A stretch of DNA of 64,000 nt from Paracoccaceae bacterium (GTDB lineage: Bacteria; Pseudomonadota; Alphaproteobacteria; Rhodobacterales; Rhodobacteraceae): positions 43,314 to 107,313 of the forward strand of contig JBDWUA010000001.1 in the NCBI GenBank assembly GCA_039984715.1, given 5' to 3'. The notes below the pieces were generated by a model, which did not search any database, was not told where the DNA came from, and saw nothing but the letters and a program-made list of their open reading frames with translations. Shown in pieces: positions 47,004 to 55,539 of the stretch (within the stretch, counting starts at the first letter, position 1; each line of letters opens with the position of its first letter). Position numbers and translations under genes: made by a program.

Positions 47004-47960
47004 TCAGCCTTTAAGTAGTTCGGCTTGTTTTACGATCACTTCGGCCTGTTTGATCGAGGCGATATCCACAAGGCGGCCTTTATAGACTGTAGCACCTTCG
47101 CCTTTGGCTTTGGCTGCTTCCATTGCAGCCAGAATTTCCTGCGCTTCTTGAACAGCCGCTTCGGACGGTGTGAAAACTTCGTTGGCCAAGGCAACTTGCT
47201 TTGGGTGGATGGCCCATTTTCCGACCATACCAAGAGTGGCTGACCGGCGAGATTGCGCGCGAAACCCTTCGTCATCTGAAAAATCGCCAAATGGTCCGTC
47301 AACAGGAAGAACGCCGTGTGTTCGACAGGCCGCCACGATCGCCGCCTGTGCCCAATGCCACGGGTCAGACCAGTGTTTTGTCCCAGATTGCAGCATGTAG
47401 TAGTTTTCTTGCGTGCCGCCGATGCCGGTGGTTTGCATTCCCATTGACGCGGCAAAATCTGCGGCGCCAAGGCTCATTGCTACAAGTCGCGGGCTGGCTG
47501 CGGCGATTTCTTCGACATGGGCGATGCCCGCAGCGCTTTCAATGATGACCTCGAAATTAATGCGCTTTTCGCGCCCTTTGGCCCGTTCAACAGCCGTGAC
47601 AAGCGCGTCAACAGCATAGAGATCGCCAGCATTTCCGACCTTTGGGATCATGATTTGATCCAGTCGTTCGGACGCCTGTTCCAGCAGGTCGACAACGTCG
47701 CGGTACCAATATGGCGTATCAAGGCCATTGATGCGGACGGATAGGGTTTTGTTCCCCCAGTCTACATTCCCAATGGCGTCGATCACGTTTTTCCGGGCGC
47801 TATCCTTGTCGGATGGTGCGACGCTGTCTTCTAGATCAAGGTTGATCACGTCGGCGGCTGAGGTTGCCATTTTCTCAAAAATGGCAGGGCGAGAGCCGGG
47901 CCCAAACAACTGGCAACGATTGGGGCGGCTGGGTGAGGCGGGTTGGATGCGAAAGGACAA
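47004..47960 (-). CDS. mcl1: L-malyl-CoA / beta-methylmalyl-CoA lyase (ethylmalonyl-CoA pathway)
   Basis: 318 aa. It appears nearly collinear with my recollection of Rhodobacter sphaeroides Mcl1 (MSFRIQPASPSRPNRCQLFGPGSRPAIFEKMA...INLDLEDSVAP...GKWAIHPKQV). Confidence 0.9.
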   Translation of the reverse strand: MSFRIQPASPSRPNRCQLFGPGSRPAIFEKMATSAADVINLDLEDSVAPSDKDSARKNVIDAIGNVDWGNKTLSVRINGLDTPYWYRDVVDLLEQASERLDQIMIPKVGNAGDLYAVDALVTAVERAKGREKRINFEVIIESAAGIAHVEEIAAASPRLVAMSLGAADFAASMGMQTTGIGGTQENYYMLQSGTKHWSDPWHWAQAAIVAACRTHGVLPVDGPFGDFSDDEGFRAQSRRSATLGMVGKWAIHPKQVALANEVFTPSEAAVQEAQEILAAMEAAKAKGEGATVYKGRLVDIASIKQAEVIVKQAELLKG

Positions 47961-48154
47961 GGGTCAAGGCTCCCGGTAATTTTATTGCGCTTTGGGGTCA
48001 AAAAGTGCCCGTATATTGCGCGATACTCAGTTCGGTTGAATTTTGCAAGTGCAGCAATGGGTCGATATTCGAAAGGTCGATTTGCTAACGGGAGAAACAT
48101 GCGGAAATATCATCAAAAGTGATGGAAACTTGCAGAAAAGTTGAATTTTGGTGA

Positions 48155-48171
48155 AATAATACAATATTATT
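48155..48171. promoter_or_regulatory. 7-bp inverted repeat (candidate operator) upstream of the DUF1611 gene
   Basis: AATAATA-caa-TATTATT lies 61 nt upstream of the ATG at 48232, in an AT-rich 270-bp divergent intergenic region. The binding protein is unknown. Confidence 0.3.
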
Positions 48172-48231
48172 CGTGCCGGTTCGACGTATCTTACCACTTA
48201 ACGCAACAAATGAGCCGCGTGGGGACAAGAC

Positions 48232-49233
48232 ATGATTCAAACACCATACTTGCTGTTTTTGGGTGACGCACCTGACCAATTGGCCGGAAAAGTCGCACAA
48301 GGCATTGTCGATTGGAGACGAGATAACGCGGTTGGTCAATTTCGGTTGCCCAATTGCGGTGCCGATATGGGTCTGACGGACATGACGCTGGAAGAGGGTC
48401 TGAAAGCAGGCGCGAAAACGCTGGTGATCGGTGTCGCCAATCGTGGTGGCGTTATTTCCGACGAATGGAAAGCGGTTTTGGTCAAGGCCTTGCAGCTAGG
48501 GTATGATCTTGCTGCTGGGTTGCACAACCTTTTGCGGAACGAAGATGAACTGCAGGCGGCTGCGAAGGTCAACGGACGGACCTTGCATGATGTGCGTGTA
48601 CCATCTGTCGCCTATCCAATTGCCAACGGACAAAAGCGATTGGGCAAACGGGTTCTGGCCATCGGGACCGATTGTTCCTGTGGCAAGATGTATACCGCCA
48701 TGTCCATGGACGCCGAAATGGTCGCACGTGGGATGAAATCTGATTTTCGCGCCACGGGACAGACTGGTATATTGATCACAGGAAAAGGCGTGCCACTGGA
48801 TGCTGTGATTGCTGACTTTATGGCTGGTGCTGTTGAGTATTTGACCCCGGACAATGAAGAAGATCACTGGGACCACATTGAAGGGCAAGGAAGCTTGTTT
48901 CACGTGTCTTATTCAGGCGTGACGTTGGCCTTGATTCACGGCGGACAGCCAGATGCGTTGATCCTGTGTCATGAACCCACACGCACGCACATGCGTGGGC
49001 TGCCACAGTTCACCTTGCCGTCGCTAGAGCAATTGCGTGATACGGCCTTGCCTTTGGCGCGTATTGCAAACCCGGATTGTCGGGTTGCCGGTGTTTCAGT
49101 CAACACCAAAGCTTTGGACGATGCAGAGGCAAAGAAAGTGCTGGATGAGATCGAAGATCGCATGAACTTGCCAGCCACTGATCCGTTCCGCTTTGGCGCG
49201 AGCAAATTGGTCGACGGTCTGCTAGCTGTTTAA
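48232..49233 (+). CDS. dgcN: DUF1611-family protein (DgcN-like D-glutamate N-acetyltransferase candidate)
   Basis: 333 aa beginning MIQTPYLLFLGDAP.... P-loop-like fold typical of DUF1611. It is adjacent to an enolase-superfamily epimerase, as in the described DgcN/DgcA pair. Confidence 0.7.
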   Translation: MIQTPYLLFLGDAPDQLAGKVAQGIVDWRRDNAVGQFRLPNCGADMGLTDMTLEEGLKAGAKTLVIGVANRGGVISDEWKAVLVKALQLGYDLAAGLHNLLRNEDELQAAAKVNGRTLHDVRVPSVAYPIANGQKRLGKRVLAIGTDCSCGKMYTAMSMDAEMVARGMKSDFRATGQTGILITGKGVPLDAVIADFMAGAVEYLTPDNEEDHWDHIEGQGSLFHVSYSGVTLALIHGGQPDALILCHEPTRTHMRGLPQFTLPSLEQLRDTALPLARIANPDCRVAGVSVNTKALDDAEAKKVLDEIEDRMNLPATDPFRFGASKLVDGLLAV

Positions 49234-49298
49234 GTGAGCAGGTCAGCGCGTTTCGAAAAGACCCGATCGCTAACCGAGATTAGATTGGAACTTGGTAC

Positions 49299-50264
49299 AT
49301 GAGAATCACTGTCGAGCGTGATGTCTTTAAGCTGGCACAAGTGTTCACCATTTCACGTGGTTCAAGAACCGAGGCACAAGTGCTTACTGTTCGGATCGAG
49401 GATGAGGGATATCACGGTTGGGGCGAATGCGTGCCCTATGCGCGATATGGTGAAAGCCTAACTAGTGTTGCGGATCAGATCAAAGCCCTTCCGGACACCC
49501 TAAACCGGATGGAATTGTACGATATTCTTCCAGCGGGTGCCGCGCGCAATGCAGTGGACTGCGCGCTTTGGGATCTGGAAGCAAAACGGTCTGGTAAACG
49601 TGCATGGGAATTGGCTGGACTGACTGCTCCGGTTCCGCAAATTACGGCCTATACGTTGTCGTTGGCGGACCCAGAGCAGATGCGCGCCGATGCAGCCAAA
49701 AACGCATTTCGTCCGTTGTTGAAAATCAAGTTGGGCACGCCCAATGACATGCCACGCTTGGAAGCGGTACGCCAAGGGGCACCATCATCACGGATAATCA
49801 TCGATGCCAACGAAGGGTGGTCCGCAGACGTATACACAGACCTTGCGCCACATCTAAACCGTCTTGGAGTGGATTTGGTCGAACAGCCACTGCCCGCTGG
49901 GGAAGACGACGCTTTGATTGGCTTGGCACGTCCAGTGCCTGTTTGCGCTGATGAAAGTTGCCATGATCGCGCATCCTTGGCGGCCCTAAAGGGCAAGTAT
50001 GATGTCGTAAACATAAAGTTGGACAAGACCGGTGGCTTGACCGAGGCGTTGGCGCTTCGGAATGAAGCGCTTTCTGCAGGCTTTGGCGTTATGGTTGGGT
50101 GTATGGTCGGATCTTCGCTTGCTATGGCTCCTGCAACGCTGGTTGCGCAAGGTGCGGCAGTTGTGGACCTTGACGGCCCGTTGCTTCTGGCCGAAGACCG
50201 CGCGGCAGCTTTAACTTTTGACGCGGCTGGCGTTCATCCGCCCGCAGCAACACTTTGGGGATAG
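49299..50264 (+). CDS. dgcA: enolase-superfamily dipeptide-epimerase-like racemase (DgcA-like)
   Basis: 321 aa. Metal and catalytic motifs of the MLE/Ala-Glu epimerase subgroup are present (KIKLG, IIDANEGW, VEQPL, ADES, KLDKTGG). Confidence 0.7.
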   Translation: MRITVERDVFKLAQVFTISRGSRTEAQVLTVRIEDEGYHGWGECVPYARYGESLTSVADQIKALPDTLNRMELYDILPAGAARNAVDCALWDLEAKRSGKRAWELAGLTAPVPQITAYTLSLADPEQMRADAAKNAFRPLLKIKLGTPNDMPRLEAVRQGAPSSRIIIDANEGWSADVYTDLAPHLNRLGVDLVEQPLPAGEDDALIGLARPVPVCADESCHDRASLAALKGKYDVVNIKLDKTGGLTEALALRNEALSAGFGVMVGCMVGSSLAMAPATLVAQGAAVVDLDGPLLLAEDRAAALTFDAAGVHPPAATLWG

Positions 50265-50266
50265 AC

Positions 50267-51127
50267 ATGCGCACTGTTTATGTGAACGGCGACTACGTAC
50301 TTGAAAACGAAGCCAAGATTTCGATTTTTGATCGTGGTTTTCTAATGGCTGACGGTGTGTACGAAGTGACATCGGTTCTGGATGGCAAGCTTATTGACTT
50401 TGAAGGTCATGCAAAGCGCCTTGAACGGTCGTTGACCGAACTGGACATGGCCTCACCGATTTCTGCGGATGATTTGTTGGCTGTCCATCGGGAATTGGTT
50501 GCCAAGAACGAGATTACAGATGGCCTCGTTTATCTGCAAATCACCCGAGGAGCCCCAGCAGATCGCGACTTCGCATTCCCGGACCCGGAAACGACACCCT
50601 CAAGCATTGTGTTGTTTACGCAAAACAAGCCGGGCTTGGCAAACAGTCCAGCGGCGCAGAAGGGCATGAAGGTTATCAGTATTGAGGATGTTCGCTGGGG
50701 ACGCCGCGATATCAAAACCGTGCAATTGCTGTACCCGTCGATGGGCAAGATGATGGCCAAGAAAGCTGGGGTTGACGATGCGTGGATGGTACAGGACGGC
50801 CACGTCACCGAAGGCACGTCGAACAACGCCTATATCGTCAAAGGCAACAAGATTATCACCCGCCCAGTATCAAACGATATCCTGCATGGCATAACGCGCA
50901 CAGCAGTTTTGCGATTTGCCAAAGAAGCGCAAATGATTGTCGAAGAACGACTGTTCACCATTGACGAAGCCAAGGAAGCCGACGAGGCGTTCATAACCTC
51001 CGCTTCGACCTTTGTAATGCCAGTTGTGGAAATTGATGGGGCAACTCTTGGCGATGGAACGCCCGGTCGCGTTGCGCCACGGTTGCGTGAAATTTACTTG
51101 GATGAAAGCCGCAAGCGCGCGGTTTAG
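50267..51127 (+). CDS. dat: D-amino-acid transaminase (fold-type IV PLP enzyme)
   Basis: MRTVYVNGDYVLENEAKISIFDRGFLMADGVYEV is the class IV aminotransferase N-terminus. The ATG lies 2 nt after the upstream stop. Confidence 0.85.
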   Translation: MRTVYVNGDYVLENEAKISIFDRGFLMADGVYEVTSVLDGKLIDFEGHAKRLERSLTELDMASPISADDLLAVHRELVAKNEITDGLVYLQITRGAPADRDFAFPDPETTPSSIVLFTQNKPGLANSPAAQKGMKVISIEDVRWGRRDIKTVQLLYPSMGKMMAKKAGVDDAWMVQDGHVTEGTSNNAYIVKGNKIITRPVSNDILHGITRTAVLRFAKEAQMIVEERLFTIDEAKEADEAFITSASTFVMPVVEIDGATLGDGTPGRVAPRLREIYLDESRKRAV

Positions 51128-51130
51128 GCT

Positions 51131-51748
51131 TTAACAAAAACCGTCTTCGCGGGCGATAAGCGCCGCATGGGTTCTGTTTTTGGCGTTCAGCTTGGCCAGC
51201 ATGTTTTTGACATGCAGTTTTATGGTGACCTCTTGCACGTTCAATGCCCGCGCAATTTCTTTGTTCGACTTGCCTTCGCATAAATGACGCAATGTCTGTG
51301 TCTCGCGATCAGACAAATTGCGAAAGTTGTTGCCTGCTTCGTCCGTCGGGGTCTGTTCAACCAATTGAAACGGATAGTAGCGGTCACCAGACAGCACCAA
51401 GCGGATGGCACCAATCATCATTTCCGCGGACAGAGATTTTGGAAAATAACCGCGCGCGCCCAGCTCCATCGCTTTCAACGCCACGTCGGAACCTGCCATG
51501 CCTGACATCAGAACAAACTTGGTGGCTGGAAAGCGTCGCATAGCCAATGCAAATCCATCCAACCCGTTCATGCCCGGCATGCGGTAATCCACAATCGCAA
51601 GGTCAAAAACGGTCGAGCTTTTGAGTTCGACCATTGCGCCTTCTAGAGAATCCACAGTAAATATTGAAAAATCGTGCAGTCCGCTGAGATATGCGCCAAG
51701 AGTGTCTCGGATCAATTCATGATCATCGGCGATAAGAATGTTGGCCAT
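51131..51748 (-). CDS. NarL/FixJ (LuxR-type) response regulator
   Basis: Receiver domain (NILIADDHELIRD...DLAIVDYRMPGMNG) plus a LuxR HTH (LSDRETQTLRHLCEGKSNKEIARALNVQEVTIKLHVKNM). Confidence 0.9.
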   Translation of the reverse strand: MANILIADDHELIRDTLGAYLSGLHDFSIFTVDSLEGAMVELKSSTVFDLAIVDYRMPGMNGLDGFALAMRRFPATKFVLMSGMAGSDVALKAMELGARGYFPKSLSAEMMIGAIRLVLSGDRYYPFQLVEQTPTDEAGNNFRNLSDRETQTLRHLCEGKSNKEIARALNVQEVTIKLHVKNMLAKLNAKNRTHAALIAREDGFC

Positions 51749-51907
51749 ACTCTTACTTCTAAAACAGTGGACGCTTAACCGTGTTTGGATATACGGAATT
51801 CTAACACCGATATACCCTAAAGTATAGGTACCTACTCGTTTTACTTGGCGACGACAGAAAACAAGAGACTACAATATGAAAAGACCTCGTTTCCGGCTAG
51901 ATAGAGA

Positions 51908-52393
51908 ATGTTAAAAAAGTCACCACTCACAGTGAACCTTCTTGCCATTATTTTTTGCATTTTTTCTATGCCTGCAATGGCGCAGGGTTTGCATTCTCTT
52001 ACTGTCATCACTGAAAAGGGAAACGAGGTCGCCTTCAGCATTGAAGACCTTGATCAGCTCGATCAGTCCGGTTTTAAAACGACGACAATCTGGACAGAAG
52101 GTGTGGTTGACTTCACCGGTGTTGCGTTGTCCGAAATTTTGAAAGCGGCTGGCGTGGAAGGGTCCTCTTTCGAACTGATAGCGCTGAATGATTACGCCAT
52201 TACGCTGACCCTCTCAGACCTTGAAGATAACCAGCCATTGATTGCAACCCGCCAAAACGGCGAGCTGATGTCAATCCGAGAAAAAGGGCCATTCTGGATG
52301 GTCTATCCGTTCGATTCTGACCGAAAATACCAAACCGAAGTCATATATGCCCGTTCAATTTGGCAGTTGAACCGTATATCCGCCATGGAATGA
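51908..52393 (+). CDS. small periplasmic protein with molybdopterin-oxidoreductase-like (Oxidored_molyb/YedY-like) domain, cysteine-free
   Basis: It has a signal peptide (…IFCIFSMPAMA). The mature sequence DFTGVALSEILKAAGV...LNDYAITLTLSDL..NQPLIATRQNGELMSIREKGPFWMVYP...SIWQLNRI parallels the substrate-domain core of MsrP/YedY. The only Cys is in the signal peptide. Confidence 0.55.
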   Translation: MLKKSPLTVNLLAIIFCIFSMPAMAQGLHSLTVITEKGNEVAFSIEDLDQLDQSGFKTTTIWTEGVVDFTGVALSEILKAAGVEGSSFELIALNDYAITLTLSDLEDNQPLIATRQNGELMSIREKGPFWMVYPFDSDRKYQTEVIYARSIWQLNRISAME

Positions 52394-52435
52394 CTCACGT
52401 CAGTCGTTTACTCTGTTTGTGAACTGACTAGGTCT

Positions 52436-55006
52436 ATGCTGCGTATGCTGCCGATCCGCCTTATCATTCCCATGACTATCGCCGCATTGATCGGTCTTCT
52501 TGTGTTGTTGGGGGTTAATTTACAACGTGAGTTGCGGCTTTTGTCGACTGACAACAGTGACAAAATGGCCTGGACTTTCCTACAAACTGAATCCGAAATC
52601 GCCAATCTCGGTCGAATTCTTGCCGAGCAACAACTGGTGGAAGAACCTCGGGAAAACCTTGTCCGTTTACGGGCCGATATTGCCATTAGCCGCATCAACT
52701 TGGTGACTGAAGGAAGATTTCCGCGGCTGATGGAAGGGAATTTAGAAAGCCAACACGTGCTGGAGCAATTAAGAGGGCTGCGCACAGAGCTCGAAGCCAT
52801 TTTGGATTCGAACCCGACCATTGGAAAAGCTGAGTTAGCAGAACTGTCCAAGGTCGTTCATCAAACCCATCCGCTGACGCGGCGGATTTCAGTTCTGGGA
52901 AACGCGCAAGCGACTCAAGTTGAAGGGGCGCAAAGGCGGAATTTCTCAAACAATTTGGCAATAACCGGGGGGATCGCGCTGAGTGTTTTGTTCGGTATGT
53001 CCGGTTTGCTGATTCTTCTTGGCCGATTGTTGGAACATGCGCGCGATCGTGACGTTGAACTAAGTGCGACGACTGAACGATTGTCGTCTACTGTAGCGGC
53101 TGCTTTGGACGGTATTGTTGTGGCAGACGCGGATTGGTGCATTGTCGAATACAATCAAGCGGCAAAGGAAATCTTTGGATGGCGGCGGGACGAAGTTCTT
53201 GGAGCCCCGATGGAAGACACATTTATCCCGGTGCACAACAGCAGTTCTGCGGACACTGCAGCATCGAAAAAGGTGCAACGTATTCGTCATATTGTGGACA
53301 AGGGTCGCTGTGAAATTCTCGCCATGCGCAAAACAGGCGAAACCTTTCCAATGGAGATCAGTGTCGCGGAATCTGGGCAGTCGGACAGCCCGTTGTTCAT
53401 CTCGTATTTGCGCGACATCAGCCAACGTAAAATTACTGAGACGGAACTGATCGACGCCCGCGACTCGGCAGAAAAAGCGGATAAGGCAAAGTCGCAGTTC
53501 TTGAGCGTGATGAGCCATGAAATGCGCACGCCTTTAAATGGCTTACTGGGGGTTTTGGACCTGTTGCGCACGACCCGTCTGACAAAGCGTCAAGAGCGGC
53601 ACATTGAAGTGGCCGCAGCCTCGGGTGAGCTTTTGTTGGAACATGTCAACGAAGCGTTGGATATCACGCGCATCGAATCCGGCGCTCTTGCCATAACAGA
53701 ACAGCGCTTTTGCGTCCGAGAGACCCTTGCCCGGGTTGTGGACGTATTAGAGCCTTTGGCACGCGAGAAATCGTTGTTTTTGACCTTTGAATGTGACGAA
53801 GACCTCACGCTAAAGTTCATGGGGGATAAGGGGCGAATAAGTCAGATCATCACGAACCTTGTGGGGAATGCGATTAAGTTCACTGAACAAGGCGGTATCG
53901 CCGTCAAGGTTTCGGGAATTCATGGGGTGTCACATTCGTTGATCACGATCACAGTCCAGGATACCGGGCCGGGTATTCCAAGCGAATTCCAAGAAAAGAT
54001 TTTTGAACATTCGTTTGTTCTTAACCCCACAGAAGGACGCCAAAGTCGAAGCGATGGTCTTGGTCTTTCGATCTCGCGAAGGATCGCGCGGCTGATGGGA
54101 GGTGAATTGAATGTGCACAGTCATGACGCCGAGGGCAGTGTTTTTTCACTGACTGTTCCTTTGAATCGGTCTCCTGACCAAGAGGCGAATGCAGATTTGA
54201 CGACCGTAAGACTGCCAGCCTCAGCGTTAAAGAAGGAGAAGGAGATATTGGTTGTCGAAGACAACGCTGTAAATCGAATGGTTCTTCAGGAAATGCTGAT
54301 CGCCATGGGGCACAATGTGTTTGCCGCAAAAACGGGAAGCGAATGCGTTGAGATGGCGTCCAAAGATAAGTTCGATCTTATCATCATGGACCTCAGCATG
54401 CCTGACCTAAACGGATTGGACGCAACCCGCGAATTGCGGTCAGGTGACGGTCCAAATTGCGATACTTTTGTACTTGGGCTAACGGCACATGGGGCTGATG
54501 AATACAAATCCTATGCAGAAGACGCAGGCATGGATGCCTTTGAAACAAAGCCAATTCGGTTGAATACGCTAAGCCGGCTTCTGTCCGATATTCCAGCTGG
54601 CTCAACGCGTCAGTCTGAAAAAGCGGCAGCGACCAATGTGGATGGTGCATTGGATACGGACGTTGCGACAGAATTGCTGGGGTTGTTAGGTCGGGACCGA
54701 TTTAAACAGGCGGTTGCGGCATTCTTCAATGACGCGGATACGGCGCTGGATGCCCTAGACCAAGCAGGATCAGACTTTGATCAAGAGGACCTGCGCGAAA
54801 CACTTCATAGATTGCGCGGGGGGGCAAATATCTTTGGGCTATGCGGGATCGTTCTTGCTTTGGACAACGTAACAGTCGCCCTAGATCAAATCGACAAAGC
54901 CGCGATAACGTTGGAATTTGATGGTGTAGCTGAGGCTGTGGAAGCGGGCAGGGCGGTCACAACGACCTTCATGAAACGGACGCATCCGAAACCAAGCCAA
55001 AGTTGA
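52436..55006 (+). CDS. hybrid sensor histidine kinase: 2 TM + periplasmic loop, PAS, HisKA, HATPase_c, REC, Hpt
   Basis: H-box SHEMRTPLNG, N/G boxes (NLVGNAIKFT, DTGPGI, GLGLSISRR), receiver (ILVVEDNAVNR...IIMDLSMPDLNG), and a C-terminal Hpt-like HRLRGGANIFG. Confidence 0.9.
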   Translation: MLRMLPIRLIIPMTIAALIGLLVLLGVNLQRELRLLSTDNSDKMAWTFLQTESEIANLGRILAEQQLVEEPRENLVRLRADIAISRINLVTEGRFPRLMEGNLESQHVLEQLRGLRTELEAILDSNPTIGKAELAELSKVVHQTHPLTRRISVLGNAQATQVEGAQRRNFSNNLAITGGIALSVLFGMSGLLILLGRLLEHARDRDVELSATTERLSSTVAAALDGIVVADADWCIVEYNQAAKEIFGWRRDEVLGAPMEDTFIPVHNSSSADTAASKKVQRIRHIVDKGRCEILAMRKTGETFPMEISVAESGQSDSPLFISYLRDISQRKITETELIDARDSAEKADKAKSQFLSVMSHEMRTPLNGLLGVLDLLRTTRLTKRQERHIEVAAASGELLLEHVNEALDITRIESGALAITEQRFCVRETLARVVDVLEPLAREKSLFLTFECDEDLTLKFMGDKGRISQIITNLVGNAIKFTEQGGIAVKVSGIHGVSHSLITITVQDTGPGIPSEFQEKIFEHSFVLNPTEGRQSRSDGLGLSISRRIARLMGGELNVHSHDAEGSVFSLTVPLNRSPDQEANADLTTVRLPASALKKEKEILVVEDNAVNRMVLQEMLIAMGHNVFAAKTGSECVEMASKDKFDLIIMDLSMPDLNGLDATRELRSGDGPNCDTFVLGLTAHGADEYKSYAEDAGMDAFETKPIRLNTLSRLLSDIPAGSTRQSEKAAATNVDGALDTDVATELLGLLGRDRFKQAVAAFFNDADTALDALDQAGSDFDQEDLRETLHRLRGGANIFGLCGIVLALDNVTVALDQIDKAAITLEFDGVAEAVEAGRAVTTTFMKRTHPKPSQS

Positions 55007-55026
55007 ACTGATATCAAAGTGCGGTC

Positions 55027-55341
55027 TTACGATTCGCTGCCAACGTTTTCAGCGAAGGATTTCTTGAAACTAGATTTCTGGGCATCTGTCGCGTCAGTTT
55101 GATAATTGGATTTCCACTCGGCCATGGTCATCCCGTAGAACATTTCGCGTGCTTCGTCTTTGGCTATGTCGATTCCAATTTCTGATGCGGCCTCTTGGTA
55201 CCAGCGGGCCAGACAATTTCTGCAAAACCCCGTCAAGTTCATCATGTCGATATTCTGTACGTCAGTACGATCTTCCATGAGATGTTTGCGCAAGCGTCGA
55301 AAGGCGGCGGCTTCCAGTTCCAAGCGTGTTTGATCATCCAT
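55027..55341 (-). CDS. DUF1244-family protein
   Basis: 104 aa. The motif LTGFCRNCLARWY is family-typical. Confidence 0.8.
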   Translation of the reverse strand: MDDQTRLELEAAAFRRLRKHLMEDRTDVQNIDMMNLTGFCRNCLARWYQEAASEIGIDIAKDEAREMFYGMTMAEWKSNYQTDATDAQKSSFKKSFAENVGSES

Positions 55342-55539
55342 GCTTTCAGCCCTTTCGTCTCAATCGTGGTGACTTATTGTGCACCACTTTGGCATGTTCA
55401 CGCCATTGTTCAAGGTTTATTTGTTTGTTTTCTTTAGCTTGGCCCTAAGTTCGATATTTTATGTCGCGAATGAATTTGGGCAGTTGAGGCTGCCGTAGAA
55501 TTGAGCGATAACGCTAACACTTCCACAAAGGGGATAACA

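Noticed and set aside
48057-48122. 21-codon, highly basic mini-ORF (MGRYSKGRFANGRNMRKYHQK) in the mcl1/dgcN intergenic region, considered as a leader peptide.
   Set aside because: There is no ribosome-binding site, no downstream attenuator structure, and no codon bias pointing to amino-acid sensing. It cannot be supported from sequence alone.
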